The notes: a model not told the origin generated them from the letters alone. A stretch of 47,732 bases of DNA from Candidatus Zixiibacteriota bacterium (GCA_016926795.1 JAFGNW010000102.1:1-47732); one strand, 5' to 3'. Shown: positions 17,990-27,958, counted from the stretch's first letter. A program made the numbers and translations.

Positions 17990-18919
17990 ATGAACAGGAA
18001 AGTATTGTTTTTCCCCGGTCAGGCCTCTCAGTATGTGGGCATGGGTAAGGACCTTTATGAAAGTTCGGAAGCGGTCAGAAGGCTTTATGAACTGGCCTCG
18101 GATGAGATGCGGTTGGATATCGCCCGCCTTTCGTTCGAGGGACCGGCCGAAGAATTAAAACGCACCCACGTTACTCAGCCGGCGATTCTTCTGCATTCGC
18201 TGGCGGTTCTGACGGTATTGGATGAAAACATACCGGAGTTCGACTTTGCCGCCGGGCATTCCCTGGGTGAATACGGCGCCCTGGCTGCCTGCGGGGCGCT
18301 CTCGTTCGAGGATGCCGTCAAGGCTGTCATCAAAAGAGCCGCCCTCATGGAGGAAGCCTGCCTGAAAAACGAAGGCACCATGGCCGCGATTATGGGTCTG
18401 AGTATCGAACAAATACAAAATGTGTGTGAGACAGCATCGGCGGATGGGGTGGTGGTACCGGCTAATTTCAATTCGGAAATACAAATAGTAATATCGGGGA
18501 CGGTCGCCGGCGTCGAGCGGGCGATTACGCTGGCCAAAGAAACGGGCGCCAAACGAGCGATGAAGCTTGAGGTCGGCGGGGCTTTTCATTCCCCGCTGAT
18601 GGAACCGGCCCGACTCGGTCTGGGCGAATACCTCGCAAACGTTGTTATTAATCGTCCGAACAAACCGGTGGTAGCCAACGTTACCGGTCAACCGGTGGAC
18701 CGGCCCGAGGAAATTCGCGAACTGCTGGTTAGGCAACTGACCGCACCGGTCAAATGGGCGCAGACAATGGACTTTTTAAAGGAAGAGAAAGTCACCGAGG
18801 TTATTGAAATCGGCCCCGGCAAAGTGTTGACCGGTCTGGCTAAGAGAGCCCTGCAACCGGAAAATATGATAAATCTCGACAAGCTCGAAGATGTGAATAA
18901 TTTTGTACCCATAGTTTAA
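17990..18919 (+). CDS. fabD: Malonyl CoA-ACP transacylase
   Basis: 309 aa with FPGQASQ and the active-site GHSLGEY. Confidence 0.95.
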   Translation: MNRKVLFFPGQASQYVGMGKDLYESSEAVRRLYELASDEMRLDIARLSFEGPAEELKRTHVTQPAILLHSLAVLTVLDENIPEFDFAAGHSLGEYGALAACGALSFEDAVKAVIKRAALMEEACLKNEGTMAAIMGLSIEQIQNVCETASADGVVVPANFNSEIQIVISGTVAGVERAITLAKETGAKRAMKLEVGGAFHSPLMEPARLGLGEYLANVVINRPNKPVVANVTGQPVDRPEEIRELLVRQLTAPVKWAQTMDFLKEEKVTEVIEIGPGKVLTGLAKRALQPENMINLDKLEDVNNFVPIV

Positions 18920-18934
18920 AACAAGGTCAGGGGT

Positions 18935-19666
18935 ATGGATTTTAAAGACAAAACCGTAATCGTGACGGGCGCCGCCCGGGGCATCGGGCGGGTGATTGCC
19001 GAGAGATTCGCGCGGTTGGGAGCCGCGGTTGTAGTCAACGACCTGGACCAGGAAGCCGTCGACAGCGTGGCCCGGGAGCTCGGCGGACAGGCAATCGGTA
19101 TCAGGGCGGACGTCACCAGCACCGCCGAAGTCAAGGATTTATTCGATAAAACCCTGGAACGTTTCGGTCGGATTGACGTTCTGGTCAACAACGCCGGCGT
19201 TACCCGGGACGGTCTCCTGGTCCGTATGGACGAAAAAGACTGGGATATGGTGCTTGACATAAATCTTAAAGGCGCTTTTCTTACAACCAGGGCGGCGGCG
19301 AAGTTTATGATGAAGCAGCGCTCCGGGCGCATCATCAATATCAGCTCGGTGGTCGGTTTGATCGGCAATGCCGGTCAGGTCAATTACTCCGCTTCCAAAG
19401 CCGGCTTAATCGGCCTGACCAAATCCTCAGCAAGGGAACTGGCCTCGCGGGGAGTAACCATCAACGCCGTAGCCCCCGGCTTTATTGAGACCGAAATGAC
19501 CCGGAAACTGTCCGAGAGCGCCCGGGAAAATTTGATTTCGCAGATTACGCTCAACCGTCTGGGTACCCCGGATGACATCGCGTCGGCGGTTCTCTTCCTG
19601 GCTTCCGACGACGCCTCCTACATCACCGGCCAGGTGCTGGCGGTTGACGGCGGTATAACAATGTAA
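18935..19666 (+). CDS. fabG: 3-oxoacyl-ACP reductase
   Basis: 243 aa SDR with the TGAARGIG cofactor motif and the YSASKAG catalytic motif. Confidence 0.95.
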   Translation: MDFKDKTVIVTGAARGIGRVIAERFARLGAAVVVNDLDQEAVDSVARELGGQAIGIRADVTSTAEVKDLFDKTLERFGRIDVLVNNAGVTRDGLLVRMDEKDWDMVLDINLKGAFLTTRAAAKFMMKQRSGRIINISSVVGLIGNAGQVNYSASKAGLIGLTKSSARELASRGVTINAVAPGFIETEMTRKLSESARENLISQITLNRLGTPDDIASAVLFLASDDASYITGQVLAVDGGITM

Positions 19667-19701
19667 ATAAAGACAGTCTTAAAAATAAAGGAGTATTAGA
19701 A

Positions 19702-19935
19702 ATGGCAGTTGAAGAAAGAGTCAAGGAAATCATCGTTGAGCAGTTAGGCGTTGAGGCCAGCTCGGTTACCGACCAGGCAAAGTTTGTCGATGACCTGGGT
19801 GCCGATTCGCTTGATACCGTTGAGTTGGTTATGGCTCTTGAGGAAGAATTTTCACTCGAGATTCCCGATGAAGACGCTGAGAAAATTACTTCGGTAAACG
19901 ATGCGATCGAGTATATCAAGAAACATACTAATTAA
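19702..19935 (+). CDS. acpP: Acyl carrier protein
   Basis: 77 aa with the phosphopantetheine site [13 protein letters not shown]. Confidence 0.97.
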   Translation: MAVEERVKEIIVEQLGVEASSVTDQAKFVDDLGADSLDTVELVMALEEEFSLEIPDEDAEKITSVNDAIEYIKKHTN

Positions 19936-19989
19936 TCGACCGACCCGATGTCTTGAATTGGATAATTAAAAAGTAGAAAAAAATATGTA

Positions 19990-21234
19990 ATGTATAAAAG
20001 AGTTGTTGTTACCGGACTGGGTTGTCTGACGCCGGTCGGCAATAACGTCGGGGAAACCTGGGAGGCTTTGGTTAACGGCCGCTCCGGTATCGATTTCGTG
20101 ACACGCTTTGATGTTTCGAATTACCCGACGAAGATTGCCGGCGAGATCAAGGACTTCAATCCCTCGCTGTACCTCGACAGCAAGCAATTGCGGCGTATGG
20201 ATATTTCCGAGCAGTATGCCGTTTACGCCAGCGAAAAGGCGCTTGAAGATTCCGGACTGGACCTGGAAAAGATTGACCTTGACCGGTGCGGCGTGATTGT
20301 CGGTTCCGGTATCGGCGGCATTATGACTTTCGAGGCGCAGCATGAAGCCCTCATCACCTCCGGGCCGGGTCGGGTTTCGCCCTTCTTCATTCCCATGATG
20401 ATTGCCGATATGAGTGCCGGACTGATTTCCATCCGGCACAGTTTCCACGGAGCCAATTACGCCACCGTCTCCGCCTGTGCCTCCTCCGCCCATGCTATCG
20501 CCGACGCTTACCGCGTGATTCAGCGCGGCGAAGCCGATATCATGGTAGCCGGCGGTACCGAAGCCGCCATTACCCCCACCTCCATGGCCGGGTTCTGCAA
20601 AGCCAAAGCCATGAGCGTCAAAAACGACCCGCCCCATAAGGCCTCACGACCCTTCGATAAGGGACGGGACGGTTTTGTGATGGGAGAAGGTTCCGGGATG
20701 TTGATTCTGGAGGAATTGGAACACGCCCGACGGCGGGGAGCCAGAATTTACGGTGAAATCATCGGGGCCGGAATGACGGCCGATGCCTATCACGTGACCG
20801 CTTCCCATCCGGAAGGTCTCGGGGCAATACGTTCTATGCAGATGGCTCTGCGCGACGCCGGTATCAATGCGGATAAGATTGATTATATCAATACCCACGG
20901 TACCGCCACCGAGGTGGGCGATATTTCCGAGACGAAAGCCATCAAATCGGTTCTCGGCGCCCACGCCTATAAAATACCGTGCAATTCCACCAAGTCGATT
21001 GTCGGTCATACCCTCGGTGCGGCGGGGGCAATTGAAATGGTGGTGACTTTGAAGTCGATGGAACACGGCGTGGTCCATCCGACCATCAATTTGGATGAGC
21101 CTGACCCGGAATGTGATCTGGACTATGTCCCTCATGAAGCCCGGGATAATGAAATAAACTATGCCATTTCCAATTCTTTTGGTTTTGGCGGGCATAATGT
21201 CACCTTGATGGTAAAAAAAGTCGATGACGTGTAA
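19990..21234 (+). CDS. fabF: 3-oxoacyl-ACP synthase II
   Basis: 414 aa with active-site Cys in SACASS, plus the HGTAT and GHTLGAAG motifs. Confidence 0.95.
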   Translation: MYKRVVVTGLGCLTPVGNNVGETWEALVNGRSGIDFVTRFDVSNYPTKIAGEIKDFNPSLYLDSKQLRRMDISEQYAVYASEKALEDSGLDLEKIDLDRCGVIVGSGIGGIMTFEAQHEALITSGPGRVSPFFIPMMIADMSAGLISIRHSFHGANYATVSACASSAHAIADAYRVIQRGEADIMVAGGTEAAITPTSMAGFCKAKAMSVKNDPPHKASRPFDKGRDGFVMGEGSGMLILEELEHARRRGARIYGEIIGAGMTADAYHVTASHPEGLGAIRSMQMALRDAGINADKIDYINTHGTATEVGDISETKAIKSVLGAHAYKIPCNSTKSIVGHTLGAAGAIEMVVTLKSMEHGVVHPTINLDEPDPECDLDYVPHEARDNEINYAISNSFGFGGHNVTLMVKKVDDV

Positions 21235-21996
21235 ATGGGTGTATGGAATAAAGTAAAGAATCTTTTTTACACTTTAGCGAAAAATAAAAGCGATGTAGAT
21301 CTCGATGAGGTACAACGCCTCATCGGGTACCACTTCCGAGACGATAATCTGTTGTTGTTGAGTCTCACTCATCGCTCTTTCCTTCGTTTCAACAACGAAC
21401 GTTCACCATCCAACGAACGGCTCGAGTTCCTGGGCGACTCGGTCCTCGGCCTTATTATCGCTTCCCGTCTCTTCCGGGACCATCCCGAAGAGAGTGAGGG
21501 CAACCTGACCAAACTCAAGGCGATGCTGGTGAACGAAATCACCCTGTCCTCCATTAGTAAAGAGATCGGTCTGAATAATTTTATCCTCATGTCGCCCGAG
21601 GAAGACAAATCCGGCGGGCGCGATCGACCCTCCATCGTCTCCGACGCCTTTGAGTCCGTCATCGGAGCCGTGTTTCTCGACGGCGGTTTCGAGGCCGCCC
21701 GCGATGTGGTTCTCAGGTTGATTTACACCCGCAAGGAGAACATCACCTCCGACGATACCCAGCGAAACTACAAAGGCGAACTGCTGGAACTAGTCCAGGC
21801 TCGCGGTAACGGCATGCCGCGTTACGATGTCATCTCCGAAAAGGGACCCGACCATGAAAAGGAATTCCACGTGATGGTGAGCGTCTCCGGCAAGAAAGTC
21901 GGCGAAGGCGTGGGGTCGTCCAAAAAGGAGGCGGAACAGAAAGCCGCCAGCATGGCTCTGGAATACCTGGAACAATTTCCCGAAAATCATTTCTGA
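21235..21996 (+). CDS. rnc: Ribonuclease III
   Basis: 253 aa with the signature ERLEFLGDSVLG and a C-terminal dsRBD (GPDHEKEF..SKKEAEQKAA). The ATG abuts the fabF stop. Confidence 0.93.
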   Translation: MGVWNKVKNLFYTLAKNKSDVDLDEVQRLIGYHFRDDNLLLLSLTHRSFLRFNNERSPSNERLEFLGDSVLGLIIASRLFRDHPEESEGNLTKLKAMLVNEITLSSISKEIGLNNFILMSPEEDKSGGRDRPSIVSDAFESVIGAVFLDGGFEAARDVVLRLIYTRKENITSDDTQRNYKGELLELVQARGNGMPRYDVISEKGPDHEKEFHVMVSVSGKKVGEGVGSSKKEAEQKAASMALEYLEQFPENHF

Positions 21997-22358
21997 TATC
22001 TCTTTACATTCCGTTTCAACCGAACACAAGGAATCGGGTTATCTTGAACATCGTCACGGTAACGATACTTTGCGAGATATTCGCACGGTGTCAACCGTAA
22101 CCGGAGCATGTCGTATCGTTGTCGGCTGTCATCGTTGTCGGTGGTGTCGATGTCGATGGTCGGTGTTGATATGTCGGCAAAAATATTTTTTTATGAAACT
22201 TTTTTTATTGACAAAAATATTTTATTGTCGTTATTGACATCAATGTCGTGTGTGACTATGTATAATCATTCAGATGGGTGACAAGGAAGTTAGAGGAAAT
22301 TAAAGGAAGTATAAATAAATTAACCTTCATCCGTTAACATTAACGTAGGAGTGATTCA

Positions 22359-22769
22359 ATGCGTAAAGCAGCAAAAAAGAAAGCAACCAAGAAGAAAGTT
22401 GTGAAGAAAAAAACAACCGCACGCGCGAAAGCCTGGACAGCCGCCGATATCGCTTTTCTGAAGAAGATGTATCGGACAACGCCGACGAAACAGATCGCCA
22501 GGCAACTCAGAAGGACTTTGGCATCGGTACAGGCCAAGGCTCGTTCGCTGGGTTTGAAGAAGCCGGTTGTAAGAAAAGCGGCCAAGAAAAAAGTAGCCAA
22601 AAAAGCGGCCAAGAGAAAAACGGTCCGTAAAGTCGCTAAGAAGAAACCGGCCAAAAAGGTCGCTAAGAAAAAAGTCGCCAAGAAAAAACCGGCCAAAAAA
22701 GTAGCCAAGAAGAAAGCGACTAAGAAGAAAGTCGCTACCAAGAAGAAAGTTGCTCGGAAGAAAAAATAA
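22359..22769 (+). CDS. Histone H1-like lysine/alanine-rich DNA-binding protein with a central helix-turn-helix-like core
   Basis: 136 aa. Residues 1-24 and 71-136 are KKxAKK-type repeats (KKPAKKVAKKK twice). The core is WTAADIAFLKKMYRTTPTKQIARQLRRTLASVQAKARSLGLKK. AGGAG RBS. Confidence 0.8.
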   Translation: MRKAAKKKATKKKVVKKKTTARAKAWTAADIAFLKKMYRTTPTKQIARQLRRTLASVQAKARSLGLKKPVVRKAAKKKVAKKAAKRKTVRKVAKKKPAKKVAKKKVAKKKPAKKVAKKKATKKKVATKKKVARKKK

Positions 22770-22806
22770 GGCAGCTTATCGAATAAATTGATTTTTTTCT
22801 TTATTA

Positions 22807-22831
22807 AGCCCGCTGAAAGGCGGGCTTTTTT
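22807..22831 (+). terminator. Rho-independent terminator after the H1-like gene
   Basis: Stem AGCCCGC / GCGGGCT with loop TGAAAG, then T6. Confidence 0.8.
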
Positions 22832-22942
22832 ATGTGCAAGGGGGCCGCAGTTTTCTTTTTTTTAACCCGGCCTTGACATTTATCACTGAATTTATAATAT
22901 TCTTCTTTAAATTGAATATCAAAGCAAGGATTTGGAGAGAAC

Positions 22943-23728
22943 ATGAATATAGTTGTGCTTATCAAACAGGTTCCGGAAATAGCGCTTATAAAAGTCGATG
23001 AAGCTTCAAATCAGGTTGTCCTGCCGCAGGGACCCGGCGTTGTCAATCCTTTCGATGAATACGGGGTGGAGGAAGCCCTCCGGCTGAAAGAGAAACACGG
23101 CGGCAAAGTGAGCGTTGTTTCGGTGGGCACCGAACGCACCGAATCGGCCCTGCGCAACTGCCTGGCCCTGGGTGTCGATGAGGCCTATCTGGTGACCGAC
23201 GAGCAGTTCAAAGGCTCTGACCAGCAGGCTATCGGCCGCATTCTGGCGGCGGCTCTGAAAAAGATGGGGGAGTATGACCTTATCCTGGCCGGCAAGCAGG
23301 CGGTGGACTCCGACTCCGCCCAGGTTCCGGGAGCCGTGGCGGCCAATCTCGATATCCCGCAGGCCATGTTTGTGCGTAAGTTCGAAACGGTGGAAGGCGG
23401 CAAGGCTGTGGTACAGCGTACTACCGAGGATGGTTACGATGTTGTCGAATTGTCGCTGCCGGCGGTGGTCTCGGTTGTCAAGGAAATCAACGAACCCCGC
23501 CTGCCGTCGTTGAAAGGTAAGATGGCGGCTAAGAAAAAAGAAATTACCAGATGGAACGCCACCGATTTGGGTATCGACAGCAGCGCGGTCGGGACCAACT
23601 CTAAAACTAAAATCACCAAGGTCGCGTCGCCACCGCCCCGTCCCAAGGGTGAATTTATCGAGGGTGAAACACCCGAGGAAATAGCCGACAAACTTTTCAA
23701 TAAACTTCGAGAAAACAAAATCCTGTGA
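22943..23728 (+). CDS. etfB: Electron transfer flavoprotein beta subunit
   Basis: 261 aa with the typical start MNIVVLIKQVPE and family-wide similarity throughout. Confidence 0.9.
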   Translation: MNIVVLIKQVPEIALIKVDEASNQVVLPQGPGVVNPFDEYGVEEALRLKEKHGGKVSVVSVGTERTESALRNCLALGVDEAYLVTDEQFKGSDQQAIGRILAAALKKMGEYDLILAGKQAVDSDSAQVPGAVAANLDIPQAMFVRKFETVEGGKAVVQRTTEDGYDVVELSLPAVVSVVKEINEPRLPSLKGKMAAKKKEITRWNATDLGIDSSAVGTNSKTKITKVASPPPRPKGEFIEGETPEEIADKLFNKLRENKIL

Positions 23729-23737
23729 TTTTTAAAA

Positions 23738-23763
23738 AAACCGCCTTCGGGCGGTTTTTTTTG
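23738..23763 (+). terminator. Rho-independent terminator directly after etfB
   Basis: Stem CCGCC / GGCGG with loop TTCG, flanked by an A-run and T8. Confidence 0.8.
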
Positions 23764-23903
23764 CACCACCTGATAGCCTTCTCAAATTACCCGGCGTTGT
23801 CGTAAAAAGAGCGGTTAAAAAAGAATAATTTCAACTTTGACAACCCTTTAAAAAAAACAATATATTCCACAATAATAGTATCATATTATTTACGGGCAGG
23901 ATT

Positions 23904-26132
23904 ATGCGTAAAGCTTTTATAATATCGTTTATTTTTGTGACGGTGCTTCTCGCGGCGGGTCAGTCCACCGCCACGGACCTGGTCGATTACGCCCTGTGCG
24001 ACCTGCGGGTCCTGTATTTTTATGAGACCCCCGATGAAATCGATTGGCCCACTCTATATTATCTCAACGACCGCTTTGGCTGCCGGGTTGACCTGCTGAC
24101 GGTCAGAGCGGGCGGGGTGTTTCATTATGATGTCACCGAGGTTCCCGACAAGGAAATATATTTGAATCGTTACTTTGTCGAAGACGGCGATGTCGGTTTC
24201 CGTGATACTCTGGGTTCTTATCTTTTCCGGGAGCGGCGGCCGGATATTGTCATTTTCGGTCACCGCGGCCGGGAGGCGCTCTATAACGCCTGTCGTGAAT
24301 ACCTGCTCAACCTGCCCGTTGACAGCAGCGCTTTGTTCAATATTGTCAAGGTTTATCAGATATCGGATAAACCGGAAGAGATGGCCGAGCCCGAGGGCGC
24401 GGTTCATATCAACCGCCGTGAACTCTACGACCGCTGTCGCTCCCGCATGGAACTGGAAATACCCAAATTATTCCCCCGGTTTGAACTCGAGGAAATGCAC
24501 CGGGGCGAACGGCTGGTTCTCTACGAGCTGCTCAAGAGCCGTATGAAAACCGAAGTGCCGGTACCGGATTTTATCTCGGGGCTGAACCGTATCCGGTTGG
24601 TTCCGATTCTGGATTCGCTTCTCGCCGATGGTGCCATCAAACAGGCTTTTATCCGCAAGGCGAAAAACGCCCTGTCGTTTTTAAACGCCTCCCAGAATAC
24701 GGTTGGACGCCAGCGGGTGGAAAATATCATCACCGGCTACAAAGAGTTAATCTACCTCACTCACCAGTCGCAGTCCGAAGGAATCCTGTCGGGCATTGTC
24801 GATTACCAGCCCTATCTCTTGCGCGTTCTTCTCAAGACAAAAAAAGCCACTCTCAGCGAAATCGGCATGAACTGGGAAGGTCGGGTAATACTGAGGGATT
24901 CCCCGCACGGTCCCCGGTTGAAATTCCGCGCCGACCTGGCCGTGAACGGCTCCGAGGAAGTAGAGCTATCGTACATAAAATATCAACCCTATTGGGATAC
25001 CGTGGCGGTAGTGCTCGATTCGGTGTCGCGGAAGGTCAAACCGCATCAATCGTTTATTCGTGAATATCTGGTTGATATCGACCGGGCCTATCTCGAGGCA
25101 TCCCAGCCGGAATCGCTCAGTTTTACAGCCGAGATTGTTTACAGCAAAATCCAGTTGCCGATAACCACATCCATTCCTATCCGCGAAGCGCCCGATTTGA
25201 AAATCACCTTCGAGCCTGATTTCCGTTTTGTGCAGCCGACCGCCCGGCTGGATGTGGACCGGGTGGTTTCTTCGCTGAACTGGAAAGCCGTCATCGATAA
25301 ACCGCGCAGTTTCGAGGGTAAGGTCAAGGTCAACCTGGAAACGCCGCGCGGTGTGTTCGCCGGAGCCTATCGCACCGAGTGGGACCTGGAGAAGGGCCAT
25401 GCCACCCAGACAATTCGTATCCCTTTTTCAATTTCCAACCTCTTCGAACTGGGCATCCATGAGCAAACGATATCCCTCATTGTTGATAACCGGGTTATAG
25501 CGGTCGATACTGGCATTATCCGGGTTGCCGCCTGTCATATCGACGATACCGTCAAGGTCGGGTTTATGCCCGACACCACCGGTCTCCTGGAAGATATCCT
25601 GCGCATGACCGACGCCGCCTTTCAACCCCTCACCGACCGGGCTCTGCAGACCGGCGACCTTGAAGCCTACAACGTCATCGTGGTCGGTTCCGGAGCGTTT
25701 CGTGATTTCCCCGCTTTGAAACTGATAACCGAACGGCTTATTGATTACCTGCGCAACGGTGGCTCGCTGGTTATTCTCGGTCAGCCTTATGACTGGCCCG
25801 AAGGAGTGCTGCCGGTGTCGTTCGTGCCCGCCGAGGAGGCGGTCCGAACCGATGAAATCACCCTGCTTATCGACGGTGCCCGCATTCTGAGCGCACCCCA
25901 TAAAATCTCCGAAACGGAGTTCAAGGCCTATTTCGACCGGAAACGCCGGGTGGCCTCGGCGGTGGTGACCCCTTCGGAGAAGGTTTTTGTCACCCCTTCG
26001 GGCGGCGCCCTGCTGTCGGTTTCGAGACTGGGCGAAGGCCAGATTATTTATTGCGGTCTGCCCTTGGTGGATATGATCTCTGAATTAAATATCGAGGCCA
26101 TCCACCTCCTGGCCAATATATTGAACTATTGA
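23904..26132 (+). CDS. Secreted protein of unknown function. The C-terminal ~200 aa resemble a ThuA/DUF4159-type (class I glutamine-amidotransferase-like fold) domain.
   Basis: 742 aa with signal peptide MRKAFIISFIFVTVLLAAGQSTA. The C-terminal pattern YNVIVVGSGAFRDF..LIDYLRNGGSLVILGQPYDW..ILSAPHKISETEF is recalled from that fold family. The rest of the protein is unassigned. Confidence 0.5.
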   Translation: MRKAFIISFIFVTVLLAAGQSTATDLVDYALCDLRVLYFYETPDEIDWPTLYYLNDRFGCRVDLLTVRAGGVFHYDVTEVPDKEIYLNRYFVEDGDVGFRDTLGSYLFRERRPDIVIFGHRGREALYNACREYLLNLPVDSSALFNIVKVYQISDKPEEMAEPEGAVHINRRELYDRCRSRMELEIPKLFPRFELEEMHRGERLVLYELLKSRMKTEVPVPDFISGLNRIRLVPILDSLLADGAIKQAFIRKAKNALSFLNASQNTVGRQRVENIITGYKELIYLTHQSQSEGILSGIVDYQPYLLRVLLKTKKATLSEIGMNWEGRVILRDSPHGPRLKFRADLAVNGSEEVELSYIKYQPYWDTVAVVLDSVSRKVKPHQSFIREYLVDIDRAYLEASQPESLSFTAEIVYSKIQLPITTSIPIREAPDLKITFEPDFRFVQPTARLDVDRVVSSLNWKAVIDKPRSFEGKVKVNLETPRGVFAGAYRTEWDLEKGHATQTIRIPFSISNLFELGIHEQTISLIVDNRVIAVDTGIIRVAACHIDDTVKVGFMPDTTGLLEDILRMTDAAFQPLTDRALQTGDLEAYNVIVVGSGAFRDFPALKLITERLIDYLRNGGSLVILGQPYDWPEGVLPVSFVPAEEAVRTDEITLLIDGARILSAPHKISETEFKAYFDRKRRVASAVVTPSEKVFVTPSGGALLSVSRLGEGQIIYCGLPLVDMISELNIEAIHLLANILNY

Positions 26133-26188
26133 CCCCGCCTGCTGTTTTACTATCTTAACGGATAGCTTGTATAATATTAACGGGATAT

Positions 26189-27958
26189 ATGACTGATTTT
26201 CTTTCACAAAATCGGCCCGAAAACGGCCGTTTCGGCGTTATTTTAAAATATCTCAAGGGTTACAAGGGTTATTTGGTAGTCGGAGGTATAGCCATTGTCA
26301 TGGCTAATATCCTGATACTGGTCATTCCCTACCTTACCAAACTTGTATTCGACCTGCTGGAAAAAAAAGCTCCGGCCGGGGAAATTCTGAAATATGTTCT
26401 GGCCATGTTCGGGCTGGCCATTTTATCCGGTATCTTTCGTTTCACCACCCGGCGAACGATTGTCTGGATGTCGCGCCATCTGGAATACAACCTGCGCGGC
26501 GAACTGGTCGCGCATCTTTTGAAACTCTCGCCGTCGTATTACGACGTCACCCGCACCGGCGATATCATGGCCCGGGCCACCAACGACCTCGAGGCGGTGC
26601 GCAAAATGACCGGCCCCGGGATAATGTATATCACCAACACTGTCGTCAGCCTGGTTATCGCGGTCGGTTTCATGCTCTACCTGTCGCCCCGGCTGACGCT
26701 TTACTCATTACTGCCCATGCTGGTTTTTCCCTATGCCGTCAACAAGCTGGGGAACCTGGTGCACCGAAAATTTATAAAGATCCAGGAACAGTTTTCCCGA
26801 ATAACCGCCACCGCCCAGGAAAACCTGGCCGGTATCCGGGTGGTCAAAGCCTACGGCCAGGAGCAAAACGAGTACGATAATTTCAGCGAAGAATCCCAAA
26901 AATATATCCGTCATAATCTGGGTATGGCACGCCTTCAGGGTACGCTTTTCCCCCTGATATACTTCCTGGCCTCCGCCTTGAACCTGCTTATACTTTATTT
27001 CGGCGCGCAGGAGGTATGGGACGGTAAGATTGAACTGGGCACGATGGTCGCGTTCTTCGCTTATCTCCACGGATTGTTCTGGCCGATGTTCGCCATGGGC
27101 TGGGTGGTGTCGCTGTATCAGCGCGGGACCGCCTCACTCGACCGCATCAACCGTATTCTCTTCACCGAGCCGATAATTAAGAACAAGGTTGAAAAACCTT
27201 ACCGGGGGAAATTAAAAGGGAAGATTGAATTCAAAAATCTCAAATTTGGCTACAATGGCTCTGCGGTTCTTGACGGTATCGACCTGGTAATCGAACCCTC
27301 GCAAACGGTCGGCGTGGTGGGCATGACCGGTTCGGGCAAATCCACCCTTGCCGGTCTGCTGGCCCGGCTTTATCTGGTGGAAGACAACCGATTGTATATC
27401 GACGATATCGACATCAATAAATGGGACCTTTCGACGCTACGGCGGCAGCTCGGTTTCGTACCGCAGGAACCGTTCCTGTTTTCCGATACGGTCGCCAAAA
27501 ATATATTGTTCGGCGCCGAGCGGGACGATGAAAACACGCTTCTTGCCGCGGCGCGTACCGCCGCCCTTGACAAAGATGTACGCGATTTTCCCGGCGGCTA
27601 CGGCACGATTGTCGGGGAGCGCGGCATCACGCTTTCCGGCGGCCAGAAACAACGAGCCGCTATCGCCCGCGCCCTGGCGGTGAGCCCGGGTATTCTGGTG
27701 CTGGACGATGTCACCTCGTCGGTGGACACTGAAACCGAAAACGAAATTTACGACCGGCTCGACGAAAATTATCGCACCTGTACCCGCATTATCATCTCTC
27801 ACCGGGTCTCGTCGGTCAAGGAAGCCGATATGATTATCTTTCTCGAGGACGGCCGGATTGTCGAGCAGGGCGGCCATGACGAGCTGATGCGGCTCGACGG
27901 TCGCTATGCCGAGTTGTACCGTTCGCAGCTTCTGGAAATGGAGATTGAAAAACTCTGA
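26189..27958 (+). CDS. ABC exporter permease/ATPase fusion, subunit 1 (degenerate-site half)
   Basis: 589 aa with a six-helix TMD plus an NBD. Walker A is GMTGSGKST and the signature is LSGGQKQR. Walker B is ILVLDD followed by V, so Asp replaces the catalytic Glu. Confidence 0.9.
   Translation: MTDFLSQNRPENGRFGVILKYLKGYKGYLVVGGIAIVMANILILVIPYLTKLVFDLLEKKAPAGEILKYVLAMFGLAILSGIFRFTTRRTIVWMSRHLEYNLRGELVAHLLKLSPSYYDVTRTGDIMARATNDLEAVRKMTGPGIMYITNTVVSLVIAVGFMLYLSPRLTLYSLLPMLVFPYAVNKLGNLVHRKFIKIQEQFSRITATAQENLAGIRVVKAYGQEQNEYDNFSEESQKYIRHNLGMARLQGTLFPLIYFLASALNLLILYFGAQEVWDGKIELGTMVAFFAYLHGLFWPMFAMGWVVSLYQRGTASLDRINRILFTEPIIKNKVEKPYRGKLKGKIEFKNLKFGYNGSAVLDGIDLVIEPSQTVGVVGMTGSGKSTLAGLLARLYLVEDNRLYIDDIDINKWDLSTLRRQLGFVPQEPFLFSDTVAKNILFGAERDDENTLLAAARTAALDKDVRDFPGGYGTIVGERGITLSGGQKQRAAIARALAVSPGILVLDDVTSSVDTETENEIYDRLDENYRTCTRIIISHRVSSVKEADMIIFLEDGRIVEQGGHDELMRLDGRYAELYRSQLLEMEIEKL

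Noticed and set aside
22108-22281. 57-codon ORF (MSYRCRLSSLSVVSMSMVGVDMS...) across the TGTCG-rich tract.
   Set aside because: Its sequence is dictated by the nucleotide repeat, it runs through the promoter-like AT-rich segment, and its RBS spacing is poor. It is treated as non-coding.
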